DNA of 64,000 nucleotides from an uncultured delta proteobacterium (GCA_963816145.1 CAWFJP010000009.1:64001-128000), one strand, 5' to 3'; positions 1 to 10,710 are shown, counted from the first letter of the stretch. Notes: generated from the letters alone by a model not told the origin. Program-made: numbers and translations.

Positions 1-2
1 TC

Positions 3-602
3 AGCGCCGGATTTATCGTCGGCTTCGATAACGACGATGAGTCGATCTTCGAGGATCAGTTTCGCTTCATTCAAGATAACGGGATTGTCTTGGCGATGGT
101 CGGCATGCTCACGGCGATACCGAAAACGCCGCTTTATGAACGCTTGAGAAAAGACGGCCGTCTACGGCTACACGACTTTAATTGTAATTTCGTGCCAAAA
201 AACATGACACCGGAACGACTCCAGAGCGGCTACTGGGAGCTGCTTCGGCGGCTCTATGCGCCGGAAGCCTTTCTCGAGCGCTATTTCAAAATCTATAACT
301 ATCCTGAATTCCGGCGACGCCGGGCGGCGATCATCGCCCGAGCCAACGAGGGCAAGACCAGTAGGACGCTCATTTACGGGCTAATCTTGACGTGGAACCT
401 ATTCTGGGCGCTGGTCAGGGAAAAGCGTTTGAAAACCATGGGAACTGCGTACTGGCGTTTGTTCATGCAGCACCGCCGGCTGTACCAAAAAGGGATTGTC
501 GGCTTCACGCAATTCGTCAATCGCTGCGTGGCACACTGGCATTTCTGGAAATTCACCGAAGAAGGTACCACCGGAAAGCTGCGCATGTTTAACTCTGGGT
601 GA
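3..602 (+). CDS. B12-binding radical SAM protein, C-terminal part (DUF4070/HpnP-like family); 5'-truncated by window edge
   Basis: Frame is open from base 3: SAGFIVGFDNDDESIFEDQFRFIQDNGIVLAMVGMLTAIPKTPLYERLRKDGRL, a typical C-terminal half of B12-dependent radical SAM proteins. The CxxxCxxC motif lies outside the window. Confidence 0.75.
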   Translation, partial: SAGFIVGFDNDDESIFEDQFRFIQDNGIVLAMVGMLTAIPKTPLYERLRKDGRLRLHDFNCNFVPKNMTPERLQSGYWELLRRLYAPEAFLERYFKIYNYPEFRRRRAAIIARANEGKTSRTLIYGLILTWNLFWALVREKRLKTMGTAYWRLFMQHRRLYQKGIVGFTQFVNRCVAHWHFWKFTEEGTTGKLRMFNSG

Positions 603-650
603 GCCGGCGTGGGCTGATTTTGAACGACAGTCGAGGACCGAAAGCGTTGG

Positions 651-1670
651 ATGAAAATTATATTGAAAATACTGGCGGGCGCGGGGATTTTCGCGATCAC
701 ACTCTGGGGTGTTGGCGTATTGTATTTTTCCCCGCTTTTGCCGGCGGGGGTGCGCCCGTTTGGCGCTGGCATTTACGCGCTGTTGACACTTCTGGCTTTT
801 ATCTGTCTGCCGCGCCGCGGCAGGACAGCGCTCGGAGCGCTCGCCGTCTTCGGAATTCTCGTTTTGTTGTTTCTGCGAATTCCCGCGGCCAATGACCGCG
901 ATTGGCAACCTGACGTCGCGAATGCGCCTTATGCGACGATCAACGGCGATCTGATTACGATCCACAATATAAGAAATTTCGACTATCGAACCGAAACCGA
1001 CTTCAAGGCGCGCTGGGAAACCCGCACCTACGATTTCAGCAAGCTCGATTCCGCGGACATCATTGCGGTCTACTGGGCCGGCAAAGCGATTGCCCATGTC
1101 ATGGTCAGCTTCGGCTTCGCGGGTAAAGATTTTCTCACGGTGTCGATCGAGACGCGCAAAGAAAAAGGCGAGAGCTATTCGACGCTCGCCGGCTTCTTCA
1201 GACAATACGAACTCTATTACGTCGTCGCCGATGAGCGCGACGTGATCGGCGTTCGGACGACCTATCGGCAACCCCAGGAGGATGTCTATATTTATCGGAC
1301 GCGCGGGCCACTCAGAAACCTCCGCAGGATTTTTCTTGATTACATAAAGTCGATTAATGAGCTGCACGAGCGACCGAGCTATTACAATACGCTGACGACC
1401 AACTGCACGACCACTATTTTGATGCACACGCGCATGAACCCGGAGTCGCCGCCGATGTCTTGGAAAGTCCTGCTCAGCGGCTATGTGCCGGATTATCTCT
1501 ATGAACTTAGCCGGATCGACACCTCCCGGCCTTTCGTCGAGCTGGAAAAACTTTCCCATGTCAATGCGCGCGCGCACGCGGCCGATAAGGATCCCGCGTT
1601 CTCGCAGCGCATCCGCGAGGGGTTGCCCATGCCTCGACCACTACAGAGCGAAGTCGGCAAGGGCAAGTAG
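651..1670 (+). CDS. DUF4105 (Lnb N-terminal-like) membrane-anchored protein
   Basis: Three N-terminal TM segments; motifs NIRNFDYR, IAHVMVSFGF, SIETRKEKGESYS, YNTLTTNCTT (His/Cys papain-like residues). Confidence 0.8.
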   Translation: MKIILKILAGAGIFAITLWGVGVLYFSPLLPAGVRPFGAGIYALLTLLAFICLPRRGRTALGALAVFGILVLLFLRIPAANDRDWQPDVANAPYATINGDLITIHNIRNFDYRTETDFKARWETRTYDFSKLDSADIIAVYWAGKAIAHVMVSFGFAGKDFLTVSIETRKEKGESYSTLAGFFRQYELYYVVADERDVIGVRTTYRQPQEDVYIYRTRGPLRNLRRIFLDYIKSINELHERPSYYNTLTTNCTTTILMHTRMNPESPPMSWKVLLSGYVPDYLYELSRIDTSRPFVELEKLSHVNARAHAADKDPAFSQRIREGLPMPRPLQSEVGKGK

Positions 1671-1722
1671 AAGTAGCATCGCTGGCAATATCTAAAAACC
1701 TTCCTCTGCTTTCTTACGATAA

Positions 1723-4700
1723 ATGAACACGCCGCGCGTCATCCGATGGGTTGCGCTTTTTTCGGGATTTGTCCTGGTATCGTTGTTTGCCCTGGTGTGG
1801 GTTGTTCCGAGAATCGTCGATGGCGAAGCGGTTAAATCAAAAGCTCGTGTCTTTGTCGCCGAACGGGCCAACGGCATGGCAACGATCGAAAAGATCGCTC
1901 TCTTTTGGTTTCCTCGGCCTGGCGTCGTGATTCGGAATGTGTCGATCTCGTTCGACAAGGAGATCGAGGGTAACATTCAGCAGTTGACGCTCTATCCATC
2001 GATTGGTCACATGCTGACGGGGCGCTTAGCTTTCTCCAGCGTGACGGTGGATGGCGCCGCCTGGATCGTGCGGTTGCCGGCGCGTAAGGATGAGCCTTTC
2101 AATCTCGACGAATTAGAGGAAAAAATTCGCCAGATCGTTAAAAATCTCGGATTAGGTTTTCCAGGAATGAATTTGCGGGTGCGCCGCGGCATGGCGGATA
2201 TTAGCCTTGCCGGTGGATCTTCGCTAAGGATTACGGACATCGATGCGAACCTCAGTGGAACCCTCGATAAATTGGTTTTGACAATGACCGCCGGCGCGAA
2301 CGTCGCCGAGCAAATCCGGCTTGCGGGTGAGTTAGCGACAAATAGCCTGGCGTCGGAGGCGCGGCTCTCGGTGGCAAATTTGCGCCTGCGCAAGATATTA
2401 GATGTTTATTCCCCTGGTATGGCCGCATGGATTACTGACGGCGCAGCGACGCTGACTGTTAAATTTAAAGCCGCGGGAGTAAAGAGCGCTAGCGCTGAAG
2501 TTGCCGGGTCGTTTCCCTCGCTAATTTTGGCGCGAGGCGCCCGAACGGCGCCGATTGCGGCCGAAGATTTCAAAGCTATCTTTACCGCCGATGAAAAAGG
2601 GTTTCGCGTTGCCATCGAGTCTTTGGATCTGGTGTCGCCGCCGCTCAAGGCCGCCGGGGAACTTGTCTACAATCAGCCGTCGTCATTGTTCTCGATAATG
2701 CTCACAGGGCGCGATCTAGACGTCGGGTCGTTGAGAAAATCGGCGCTACTCTTGGCCGATGACGTCACACCTGTGCACAACGTTTTCCGCTATCTTCAAG
2801 ACGGTGCCATTGCCGATATCCGTGTCGAAGCTCGCGGCCGGTCACTTGCCGAAGCGCTCGAAAGCAAGCAAGCCGTGGCGTCGGCAAACATGCGCGGCGT
2901 GAAGATGTTTGTTCCTGGCCCCGATCTTGATCTGGCGAACGTCAGCGGATCGGTGCTGATCTCAGCTGGAGTTCTCGAATGTAGGAGCTGTTCCGCAACG
3001 TTGGGTAAAACCAAGGGGCGGGATGGCGCGCTGCGCGTCGGTCTAGCCGGTGGCGGCGCGCCATTTCATATGGACATCATGGTCGACGCAGACGCCCGGG
3101 AACTGCAAACGTTGCTCGTCCGGCTTGTCAAAGACGAGGCGTTACGCAAGGAAGTTTCCCGGGTTCACAATGTCAATGGCGCCCTATCGGGGCGACTGGT
3201 GCTCGGCGAAACTCTTGACGCGATTTCAGCGCAAGTTTTGGCCGTGCAACCAGCACTGACTGCTACCTATGCGGCAGTGCCGTATGCCGTTTCGCTAAAG
3301 GGTGGTCGTTTCAATTATGACAACGGTAAGATCGAGGCTGAGGGTCTGGAAGGGGCGATCGGCCACTCTTCGTTCTCCGGGCTTACCGGATCGGTGCGCG
3401 CTGACCGTTCGGGACAGTTAAACATCAAGTCAGCGAGTTTGCAGTTGGATCTGCAAGAGACCGAAGTCTTGCTTCGCAAAGTTGAAACCTTGCAGGCTAA
3501 GCTCGGCCCAGACAGCGCCGCGCGAGGGAAGATTAGCTTTACCTTGCTCTCGCTTAACGGCCCGCTCGATGATCCAAGTCGATGGGATTTCACTGGCAGG
3601 GGGAAAGTTGACCGGATATTGATAAAGCATGCGCAGCTACCGGCGGCTGTGGCCATTACCGAGGGAACTTTTGACGCAAGCCATGAAAAACTTATGTTTG
3701 CCGACGCGAAAGTGGCGCTGCTCGACGCATCCCTGTCGGCTGGCGGCGTGGTCGAGAACTGGCGCAAAGCGCCGCGCCGTTTAGAAGCAACGGTAAGTGG
3801 TGTCACCGGGGAAAAAATGCTGGAGTGGGTGCGGCGACGAATGGAAATTCCCGCGGATTATATGCTGCGGTCGCCATTGGAGTTTCCCGCCGGCCGCGTT
3901 TCCTGGCGCGACGATGGCGAGTTTTCATTCAACGGAAAACTAACCGTTGCCCATGGGCCGCGACTTTCCATCGACATGGCGCGCAATCTTCGTAGCTTCA
4001 CGATCAAAGAGCTGTTGATCGATGACGCTGGACGATCGGCTCGCGCGACTTTTGAGTCGGATAGAGACAAGTGGGGCCTTGGCTTCCGCGGCACCCTGGA
4101 CCAGCAGACGTTGGACAAAGTCTTTTTGACCGCGCCGATGCCGGTCGGCCTGCTGCAAGGTGATTTCGCCGTGAATGTTTTTAGCAAACCACCCTATCGA
4201 TTGACGGCGCGCGGAACACTGGCGGGTAAAGACATTGTCTCGCGCTTGAAGGGTGAGGATGCGGTCATCGAACAATTTGTCATGCAAGGAGATCAGGCCG
4301 GCCTTAATATTCGCTCTGCGGACCTGCGCTGGCGGCGCAGCCGGATTTCACTCTCGGGTAAGCTGGCGGCGGCGCAGGAGTCCTTGCAAGTCGATATGGA
4401 TGTTGCCGCCGACCGTCTGGTGTGGGAAGAGTTCAGCGCGATTGTCGGCAGCGGCGATAGTCAAGGGAATAAAAGTAAAGCCGACGTTCAACTACCAACT
4501 CTGGTGGGCGTCATCCGGCTGAAGACCGACAACTTCGTTGTCGGTGGTTTGTCCTGGAACCCGCTCCGGGTCACGGCAGGACTCACAGCTAACGGGATCA
4601 CCGGCGAAGTCGAGGATAGCGTTGTCTGCGGCATCCGCACGACGGGAAGCTTCGCCGTCCAAGAGAATGATCAGATCGACGTTGATGTGCGGCTTTCGGT

Positions 4701-5358
4701 ACGGGATGGCGACCTTGACTTGACCAGCCGCTGCCTCTCATCCGACAAGTCCAATGTGAGCGGCACCTACTCCCTCAATGCGCGTTTGACCGGCAGCGGC
4801 AATAGGGAACGGCTAGCGCAGACCCTGTCTGGCGGTTTTGATTTCGTCGCGCGTGAAGGCAAGTTCATTCGCTCGCCGGGTATCGATGCGACGTTCGATT
4901 ACCTGAACGCCAGCGGTGATTTCAAGGTGGCATTTCCCGATCTCAACAGAGAAACCTTCCCGTACCGTCTTATCGGTATCAAGGGAAGGATCGACGGTAA
5001 GATGCTCATAGCCGATGAAGTCAATGTCAATTCACCCCAGGTCAACTTGAGCGGCCAAGGCGAAGTCGACATGGAAAGAAAGCTGATCGAAGGCAAGGGA
5101 CTCGTCGCCGTCCTCAAACCTGTCGATGAGGTCTTGGCTCGAATCCCGGTGATCAGCTCTATGTTAACCGGGTCTCTGGTCGGGATTCCTATCCGCGTCG
5201 CCGGATCCATCGACCGGCCCGAGGTCACCTACTTGTCGCCTGCGGACGTCGGCGTGGAGCTGTTAAGTATCCCCTTGAGGATTCTCGGCATGCCCCTCGG
5301 AGCGATGCGCCTTTTTACTCCGAGTGGCAATCTGCAAGATCAGGACATTAGCAAGTGA
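1723..5358 (+). CDS. AsmA-like/YhdP-like large periplasmic protein
   Basis: 1211 aa, single N-terminal TM anchor, long beta-rich body, AsmA-like C-terminus (LSGQGEVDM...PIRVAGSIDRPEV). Confidence 0.75.
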   Translation: MNTPRVIRWVALFSGFVLVSLFALVWVVPRIVDGEAVKSKARVFVAERANGMATIEKIALFWFPRPGVVIRNVSISFDKEIEGNIQQLTLYPSIGHMLTGRLAFSSVTVDGAAWIVRLPARKDEPFNLDELEEKIRQIVKNLGLGFPGMNLRVRRGMADISLAGGSSLRITDIDANLSGTLDKLVLTMTAGANVAEQIRLAGELATNSLASEARLSVANLRLRKILDVYSPGMAAWITDGAATLTVKFKAAGVKSASAEVAGSFPSLILARGARTAPIAAEDFKAIFTADEKGFRVAIESLDLVSPPLKAAGELVYNQPSSLFSIMLTGRDLDVGSLRKSALLLADDVTPVHNVFRYLQDGAIADIRVEARGRSLAEALESKQAVASANMRGVKMFVPGPDLDLANVSGSVLISAGVLECRSCSATLGKTKGRDGALRVGLAGGGAPFHMDIMVDADARELQTLLVRLVKDEALRKEVSRVHNVNGALSGRLVLGETLDAISAQVLAVQPALTATYAAVPYAVSLKGGRFNYDNGKIEAEGLEGAIGHSSFSGLTGSVRADRSGQLNIKSASLQLDLQETEVLLRKVETLQAKLGPDSAARGKISFTLLSLNGPLDDPSRWDFTGRGKVDRILIKHAQLPAAVAITEGTFDASHEKLMFADAKVALLDASLSAGGVVENWRKAPRRLEATVSGVTGEKMLEWVRRRMEIPADYMLRSPLEFPAGRVSWRDDGEFSFNGKLTVAHGPRLSIDMARNLRSFTIKELLIDDAGRSARATFESDRDKWGLGFRGTLDQQTLDKVFLTAPMPVGLLQGDFAVNVFSKPPYRLTARGTLAGKDIVSRLKGEDAVIEQFVMQGDQAGLNIRSADLRWRRSRISLSGKLAAAQESLQVDMDVAADRLVWEEFSAIVGSGDSQGNKSKADVQLPTLVGVIRLKTDNFVVGGLSWNPLRVTAGLTANGITGEVEDSVVCGIRTTGSFAVQENDQIDVDVRLSVRDGDLDLTSRCLSSDKSNVSGTYSLNARLTGSGNRERLAQTLSGGFDFVAREGKFIRSPGIDATFDYLNASGDFKVAFPDLNRETFPYRLIGIKGRIDGKMLIADEVNVNSPQVNLSGQGEVDMERKLIEGKGLVAVLKPVDEVLARIPVISSMLTGSLVGIPIRVAGSIDRPEVTYLSPADVGVELLSIPLRILGMPLGAMRLFTPSGNLQDQDISK

Positions 5359-5421
5359 AGTCGACGCGCCACTTTGCCAGGGTGCAACCGTCAGTATCGA
5401 GGCAAATTAGCGGATGACGTC

Positions 5422-5910
5422 ATGGCTAAATCATTGAGTTTGAAAATCGTCATGCTATTGGCGCTGGCGCAAAGGATTACCGGCCTGCTACGCGGTTTTT
5501 ATCTTTGTGCGGTTAATTTCCCGCAGCTTGCTGCGATTGTTTGACCGGTTCGATCTGATACCCCACTGCTTGCGGCGGGATTCTTCATTTGGGTGCAGGT
5601 CGGCGTTGACATTCTTGGCCAGGGACTTTTGCTTTTGCCTTTTATCGGCGTGGTCGCCGTCATGCGCGGATTGCTTATTGCGGTTGTAGCGTTACTGTAT
5701 GTGTTGTTCGCTGGCGCAGCGCTCCTGCGGCGAAGCTGGGCGCGCGGGATTGGCCTCGCGGCAGCGATCGTCAACCTGCTCCTTGTAGTGAGCATGTTGA
5801 GCCAAGGTTCGCCCGTGGCTCAAACGATCGCGTGGGCAGCGATACCGGTAATATTAATTTGTTATCTATTTTCACCGACGGGGCGTGACGCCCTCAAGGG
5901 CGCCGACTAG
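5422..5910 (+). pseudogene. Small integral membrane protein interrupted by an in-frame stop within an apparent ~90-nt insert
   Basis: ATG at 5422 (MAKSLSLKIVMLLALAQRITGLLRGF) is in frame with hydrophobic ORF 5593-5910; TGA at 5542-5544 lies between them. Confidence 0.5.
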
Positions 5911-5993
5911 GGATTGCGCGCGGTATGTGCTCCCCATCGAAGAGGGGCCGCCACTGCCGCAACCCTTGACGTAATGGCGCACGGACACTTGCC

Positions 5994-8555
5994 ATGAATC
6001 CAACTGATAAAAAGCCCAGATGCTGGTTGCCACACGCGGTTCTTCTCTTTGTATTCTGGATAGTTTCGTCCGAGTTTGTCAGCCAAACTTTGCTTTGGGC
6101 CGCGGCGCCGGCCAAGGCCGCGCCGCAAACCAGCGAGACCAAGCCAGCGCCCCCTCAACCGGTTGCGATAAACGCTTCAGAAATCATCCCTCGGGCTGAA
6201 CAAACTCTCAGAGCGCTGCAAGAAATCAGATTCGACCTCGCCGCCGATTCTGAAAGCGCGTTGAATTCCCTTGGGAAAGAAATTGCCGCCTTCGCGGAAA
6301 AATCCGACAGGCGCTGGCAAGGCGAAGTGGCAAGTATCGGCGCATTGCACTCGGTGCAGCGGCTCAATGATGTCCTGCGCGAATGGAGTGTCGAGCAGAG
6401 CCAACTTGACGGTTGGGACCGGGCTTTGGCGAGGCGGTCGCAGATTCTGGTCGCGCAAGAAGACGATGTCAGACAAATCTACGAGACCTGGCAAGCCACC
6501 CGTGACGCGGGCAAGCAGCAAGCCTTCCCCAAGGTGGCGCTGCAAAAAATCGCTGAAGTCTTGCGCGAGGCCGATGCAGTGCGCGGGCTGATCCGCGATG
6601 GCATGGCGAAGTTGCTGAACCTGCAAATTCAGCTCGCCAATCGACGGGAGTTTCTCGCCAAGATCCGTAGCGATCTCGATAAAGCCCGCGAAGAATCCGG
6701 CAAGCAACTTTTTGTTCTCGACAGCCTGCCTCTCTGGCGGGCGATATTCAGCGCTGAATCTCAGGAGGTCATGCTTGCGCAGGTCACCCAGAGTTCCCGA
6801 AGTTTCGCCGCGGATTTGTCGGAGTTTAGTACTAAATACCGCGATCGAATCCTCTGGCACGCGCTCTTTCTGGCCGCAATGGTGCTGCTCTTTCGCTCAC
6901 TTCGCCGTGATTCGACCGCGCCGGCGGTCGAACCACTGGGTGGATTCGCACTGTTTATCCGTGAGCGGTTTGTGACCACCTCTTTCCTGCTTGCCTTGAT
7001 CACCGTGCCGCTATTTTATCCCAATGCGGGGACATCGATTTTGCGCATCGCCATACTGCCAAGTCTGATTCCGGTTAGCAGGATCTTACCTAAATTGATG
7101 CCGAAAATGTTTCGCCGTGGGGTTTACTGGTTGGCGGCGATTTATGTTGTCAATTTTTTGCGTTACCTCTTGCCCGCCGATTGGCTATTGGCCCGGCTGC
7201 TTTTATTGCTGATCGCTGCCGGCGGATGCATCGGATTTGGCTTGTTTTTGCGCTCGCACGGCGCGGAGCTGTCGGCATTGGGCTCCAGGGAACGGGTTAT
7301 CTTGCTGGCAGTTCGGCTCCTATGCCTGCTATTTGCCGCTTCCGTCGTCAGCAATGTTGTCGGCAACATGTCCCTCGCCGAGATTCTCGTCGATATGCCG
7401 GTGCGCAGCGCGTATATCGCTGCATTGATTTTTGCCAGCGCCCAAGTATTAACGACACTCGCCGCGGTTGCGCTGCAGTCGCGGCCGGCGCAGTGGTTGC
7501 GTTCCGTGCGCGAACATGGCGCGCTAATCGCGCGCCGCTGCCGAACACTTATTCGGGTCAGTGCGATCCTGTTGTGGGCTGGCGTTTCTCTAAACGTGTT
7601 TGGCGTTCTTGGCGCCGTTGCTAGCGCGGGATTGAGCTTGCTGCAATGGCGCTGGAGGTTGGGAGCGGCGGAGATTTCCATCCAAGACTTGGCGGTCTTC
7701 TTTGCGGTGTTTCTTAGCGCAGTAATTTTTTCGCGAATGCTCCGTTTTGTCTTGACCGAGGAATTATTGCCGCGCTTTCGTTTGCCTCGTGGTGTGCCCG
7801 GAGCCGTGGATGTCCTTTGCCGCTACGGCGTGCTGCTGGTGGGGTTTCTGATGGCCTTGGCCGCGGCGGGTGTCGACTTTAGCAGAGTCACGCTTTTGAT
7901 CAGCGCTCTCGGCGTCGGCATCGGATTCGGTTTGCAAAACTTGGTGAACAATTTTGTCTCGGGTCTGATTCTGGTATTTGAGCATCCGGTCCAGTTCGGC
8001 GACTATGTCGAGGTCGGGTCGGTCTCCGGTGAGGTCCGTAAAATAGGTTTTCGCGCGAGCATACTGCGCACGCCGGATGGCGCCGATGTCATCGTTCCCA
8101 ATAGCGAGCTTATTGGTTCGCGGGTTATGAATTGGTCGCTTACCGATCAGCTGCGCAGAATCAGCATCCCGGTTAGCGTCGCTTATGGGACCGATCCCAA
8201 TCGCGTCATGGATGTTCTGATTGGAATCGCGAACAAGCATCCGGCGGTCTTGGCTGATCCAGCACCGATGGTGGTATTCGATCGCCTCGCTGACAGCTCG
8301 CTTAATTTCACTCTGCTCTGCTGGTCCTTGGTACAAAGGTGGTTCCTTACTCGAAGCGAACTCACGATCGCGATCAACAACGCTTTTAAAGAAGCCGGCA
8401 TTGAAATACCGTTCCCGCAACAGGATGTTCATGTTCACTGGTCAGATTCCGAAAGCGCACGAGACAACGCGATGCCAGCAAGAGATCTGCGAGGGAGCAA
8501 GGTTGCGGAGCCGTCGACGGTTGCTTCCGCAGGGGTGTCTCGTTCGAACAAGTGA
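5994..8555 (+). CDS. Large MscS-family mechanosensitive channel (MscK-like)
   Basis: Signal peptide, periplasmic coiled coil, multiple TMs, C-terminal MscS signature ALGVGIGFGLQNLVNNFVSGLILVFEHP...IPFPQQDVH. Confidence 0.9.
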   Translation: MNPTDKKPRCWLPHAVLLFVFWIVSSEFVSQTLLWAAAPAKAAPQTSETKPAPPQPVAINASEIIPRAEQTLRALQEIRFDLAADSESALNSLGKEIAAFAEKSDRRWQGEVASIGALHSVQRLNDVLREWSVEQSQLDGWDRALARRSQILVAQEDDVRQIYETWQATRDAGKQQAFPKVALQKIAEVLREADAVRGLIRDGMAKLLNLQIQLANRREFLAKIRSDLDKAREESGKQLFVLDSLPLWRAIFSAESQEVMLAQVTQSSRSFAADLSEFSTKYRDRILWHALFLAAMVLLFRSLRRDSTAPAVEPLGGFALFIRERFVTTSFLLALITVPLFYPNAGTSILRIAILPSLIPVSRILPKLMPKMFRRGVYWLAAIYVVNFLRYLLPADWLLARLLLLLIAAGGCIGFGLFLRSHGAELSALGSRERVILLAVRLLCLLFAASVVSNVVGNMSLAEILVDMPVRSAYIAALIFASAQVLTTLAAVALQSRPAQWLRSVREHGALIARRCRTLIRVSAILLWAGVSLNVFGVLGAVASAGLSLLQWRWRLGAAEISIQDLAVFFAVFLSAVIFSRMLRFVLTEELLPRFRLPRGVPGAVDVLCRYGVLLVGFLMALAAAGVDFSRVTLLISALGVGIGFGLQNLVNNFVSGLILVFEHPVQFGDYVEVGSVSGEVRKIGFRASILRTPDGADVIVPNSELIGSRVMNWSLTDQLRRISIPVSVAYGTDPNRVMDVLIGIANKHPAVLADPAPMVVFDRLADSSLNFTLLCWSLVQRWFLTRSELTIAINNAFKEAGIEIPFPQQDVHVHWSDSESARDNAMPARDLRGSKVAEPSTVASAGVSRSNK

Positions 8556-8617
8556 TTTGTCCGGTAGACGATGAAAATTTACCGCTCTGTCGATTGGAAT
8601 TGAAAAGGAACCGATAA

Positions 8618-10501
8618 GTGACATCCAAAATTACCGCAATCTTGCGCGCTCGATCCTCCCAGCTGGCGGTTTTACTAACACTAGTTTTTTTCGTGACTGG
8701 ATGTAGCACGCCGATCGGCGTGGTCCGCGGTACAACCCAAGATGTTTATTACGCATTGACGGCAAACGTACTATCAGCGGGAGAACCCAGCAGCTTGTCG
8801 AAACAGGTCCTCCAGCGTACCAACATGGTCGAACGTTTCGACGCGGACGCGACAGCCGCGCTGGCTGAATTACATAAGTCGCTCGCGGCGCTCGTCGGCA
8901 ATGAGCTGGCAACTCAATATCGACTCTTTGCGCTTTCAGAGCTGTCCTTTTATCACGCGGAGCAGTCGGGAAAAAGTGAAGACTATCTTGCGTCAGCGAT
9001 TTATGCTTACGCCTTTCTCTTTCCTGAGGAAGGCGCGCCGCAGCTTGATCCTCTCGATCCGCGGGTGCGCCTAGCCGCGGATTTATATAATCTGGGTCTG
9101 GTCCGCGGCCTCGCCGCACCCGCCGGCGAAGAGGTCGTATTGCGAGAAGGCAAATTGTCGTTGCCCTTCGGCGAACTGGACTTGTCGGTGGATCAAAATA
9201 GTTTTCTATGGAGCGGTTTTCGATTCAATCGGTTCATCCCCGTGGGCGATTTTTTAGTCCGGGGCTTTAGCAACCGGTATCGCCAAGCCGGCATCGGCGC
9301 GCCACTGGCCGCCGAGTTGGAGCCGATTGGCTCCGGACCTGCCGCTGAAGAGGCGCGCAAGCGGATCCCGCCACGGTTAAAGGTGCCGGTGACAGCGATT
9401 GTGCAGATCCATGAACCGCGGCGCACGGTCGTTAGCGGAAAACTTAAAGGGAAGCTGGAAGTCTACGCCGCCGATCGCACCTCCACGGTCAAGATTGACG
9501 GGCGCGAAGTGCCACTGGAGCTCGAGCCAACTGCGGCACTCGCATATACGCTCGAGGGCTCGCCGGTCTGGGACTTCGAATTTGCCGGTTTCCGCTTTGC
9601 CGACAAACAGCAAATATTGGGCGACGGGCTGATTATGATGCAGCCTTATCGTCCAGGGCGTATCCCCGTCGTGCTGGTGCACGGCACGGCGTCGAGCCCG
9701 GCGCGTTGGGCCGATATGATCAATGAACTCACGCATGACCCTGTTATCGAAGGGCGTTATCAGTTCTGGTTATTTCAATACAACACGGGGCAGCCGATTC
9801 TCTACTCCGCGATGCTTTTCCGCCGCGCTCTCAATAATATTGTCAAGGAGCTAGACCCGCAAGGCAAAGACCCGGCGTTGCAGCAGATGGTTATCGCCGG
9901 TCACAGCCAGGGTGGTTTGTTGACCAAGCTCATGACTATTAAGAGCGGTAACCGTTTCTGGAAAAACGTTAGCGATGTGCCGTTCGATCAAGTAGAAATG
10001 CCATCGGAGACGCGGCAATTATTGCGTGAAGCTATGTTCTTTGATCCTGTCCCCACTGTGACAGAGGTGATTTTTATCGCGACGCCGCACCGCGGGAGCT
10101 ACCAGGCCAGCGGTTGGGTTGTTAATCTGGTCAGTCGGCTGATCAACCTTCCGGGTAACTTGTTTTCACAGCTTGGAGATCTGTTGGCGCAACCTGCTTT
10201 CGCTCAACTGCAATCGACCCGGCTGCCGACTTCCATCGACAATATGAGTCCCGGGCATCCGTTCCTGCGAGCGTTAAATGATCTTCCCATCGATCCTTCG
10301 ATATCCGCCCATTCGATCATCGCCGTGCTTGGTGAAGGACCTATAACCGGAAAAACCGACGGTGTGGTGGCTTACGAAAGCGCGCACATAGACGGTGTGG
10401 CTTCAGAGAAGGTCGTGCGCTCCGGCCACTCGACACAATCCCATCCTGAAACGATTATGGAAATGCGGCGAATACTGCGCGAGCATATCGGCGTCCGGTA
10501 A
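8618..10501 (+). CDS. Lipoprotein alpha/beta hydrolase (esterase/lipase family)
   Basis: Lipobox-like VTGC; PVVLVHGTASS, nucleophile elbow GHSQGG, IATPHRGS, DGVV, C-terminal GHS. Confidence 0.85.
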   Translation: MTSKITAILRARSSQLAVLLTLVFFVTGCSTPIGVVRGTTQDVYYALTANVLSAGEPSSLSKQVLQRTNMVERFDADATAALAELHKSLAALVGNELATQYRLFALSELSFYHAEQSGKSEDYLASAIYAYAFLFPEEGAPQLDPLDPRVRLAADLYNLGLVRGLAAPAGEEVVLREGKLSLPFGELDLSVDQNSFLWSGFRFNRFIPVGDFLVRGFSNRYRQAGIGAPLAAELEPIGSGPAAEEARKRIPPRLKVPVTAIVQIHEPRRTVVSGKLKGKLEVYAADRTSTVKIDGREVPLELEPTAALAYTLEGSPVWDFEFAGFRFADKQQILGDGLIMMQPYRPGRIPVVLVHGTASSPARWADMINELTHDPVIEGRYQFWLFQYNTGQPILYSAMLFRRALNNIVKELDPQGKDPALQQMVIAGHSQGGLLTKLMTIKSGNRFWKNVSDVPFDQVEMPSETRQLLREAMFFDPVPTVTEVIFIATPHRGSYQASGWVVNLVSRLINLPGNLFSQLGDLLAQPAFAQLQSTRLPTSIDNMSPGHPFLRALNDLPIDPSISAHSIIAVLGEGPITGKTDGVVAYESAHIDGVASEKVVRSGHSTQSHPETIMEMRRILREHIGVR

Positions 10502-10578
10502 GAGACCTTTTGGGCGTTGCGGTGAAACTTGGTTATCTCGAAGCGTCGCAATTGAAATTTGCGCGCATTCTTCGCGAT

Positions 10579-10710
10579 GAGGCTGTGTCGTAATGTGCAG
10601 ATGCCCCACATCGGTCATCCCGAGCGGAGCGAGGGGTCTCGTATTTTCGGCCACATACGAAGAAGAGATTCCTCGGCTTCACCTCGGAATGACAGTTGCG
10701 ACACAGTCTC
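10579..10710. mobile_element. 132-bp MITE-like element, copy 1
   Basis: Terminal inverted repeats GAGGCTGTGTCGTAA...TTGCGACACAGTCTC, flanked by GAT on both sides; about 12 mismatches versus the copy at 62588-62719. Confidence 0.85.

Noticed and set aside
399-1577. Long antisense or alternate-frame ORFs (e.g. 399-1577, 12341-13258, 47664-48593, 54127-55194, 60167-61054)
   Set aside because: Shadow ORFs of GC-rich genes that overlap well-supported CDSs and have no recognisable motifs.
5542-5544. Second possible selenocysteine UGA (in frame within the membrane protein gene)
   Set aside because: No Cys/redox motif context and no convincing hairpin at SECIS distance; better explained as an insertion or artefact.
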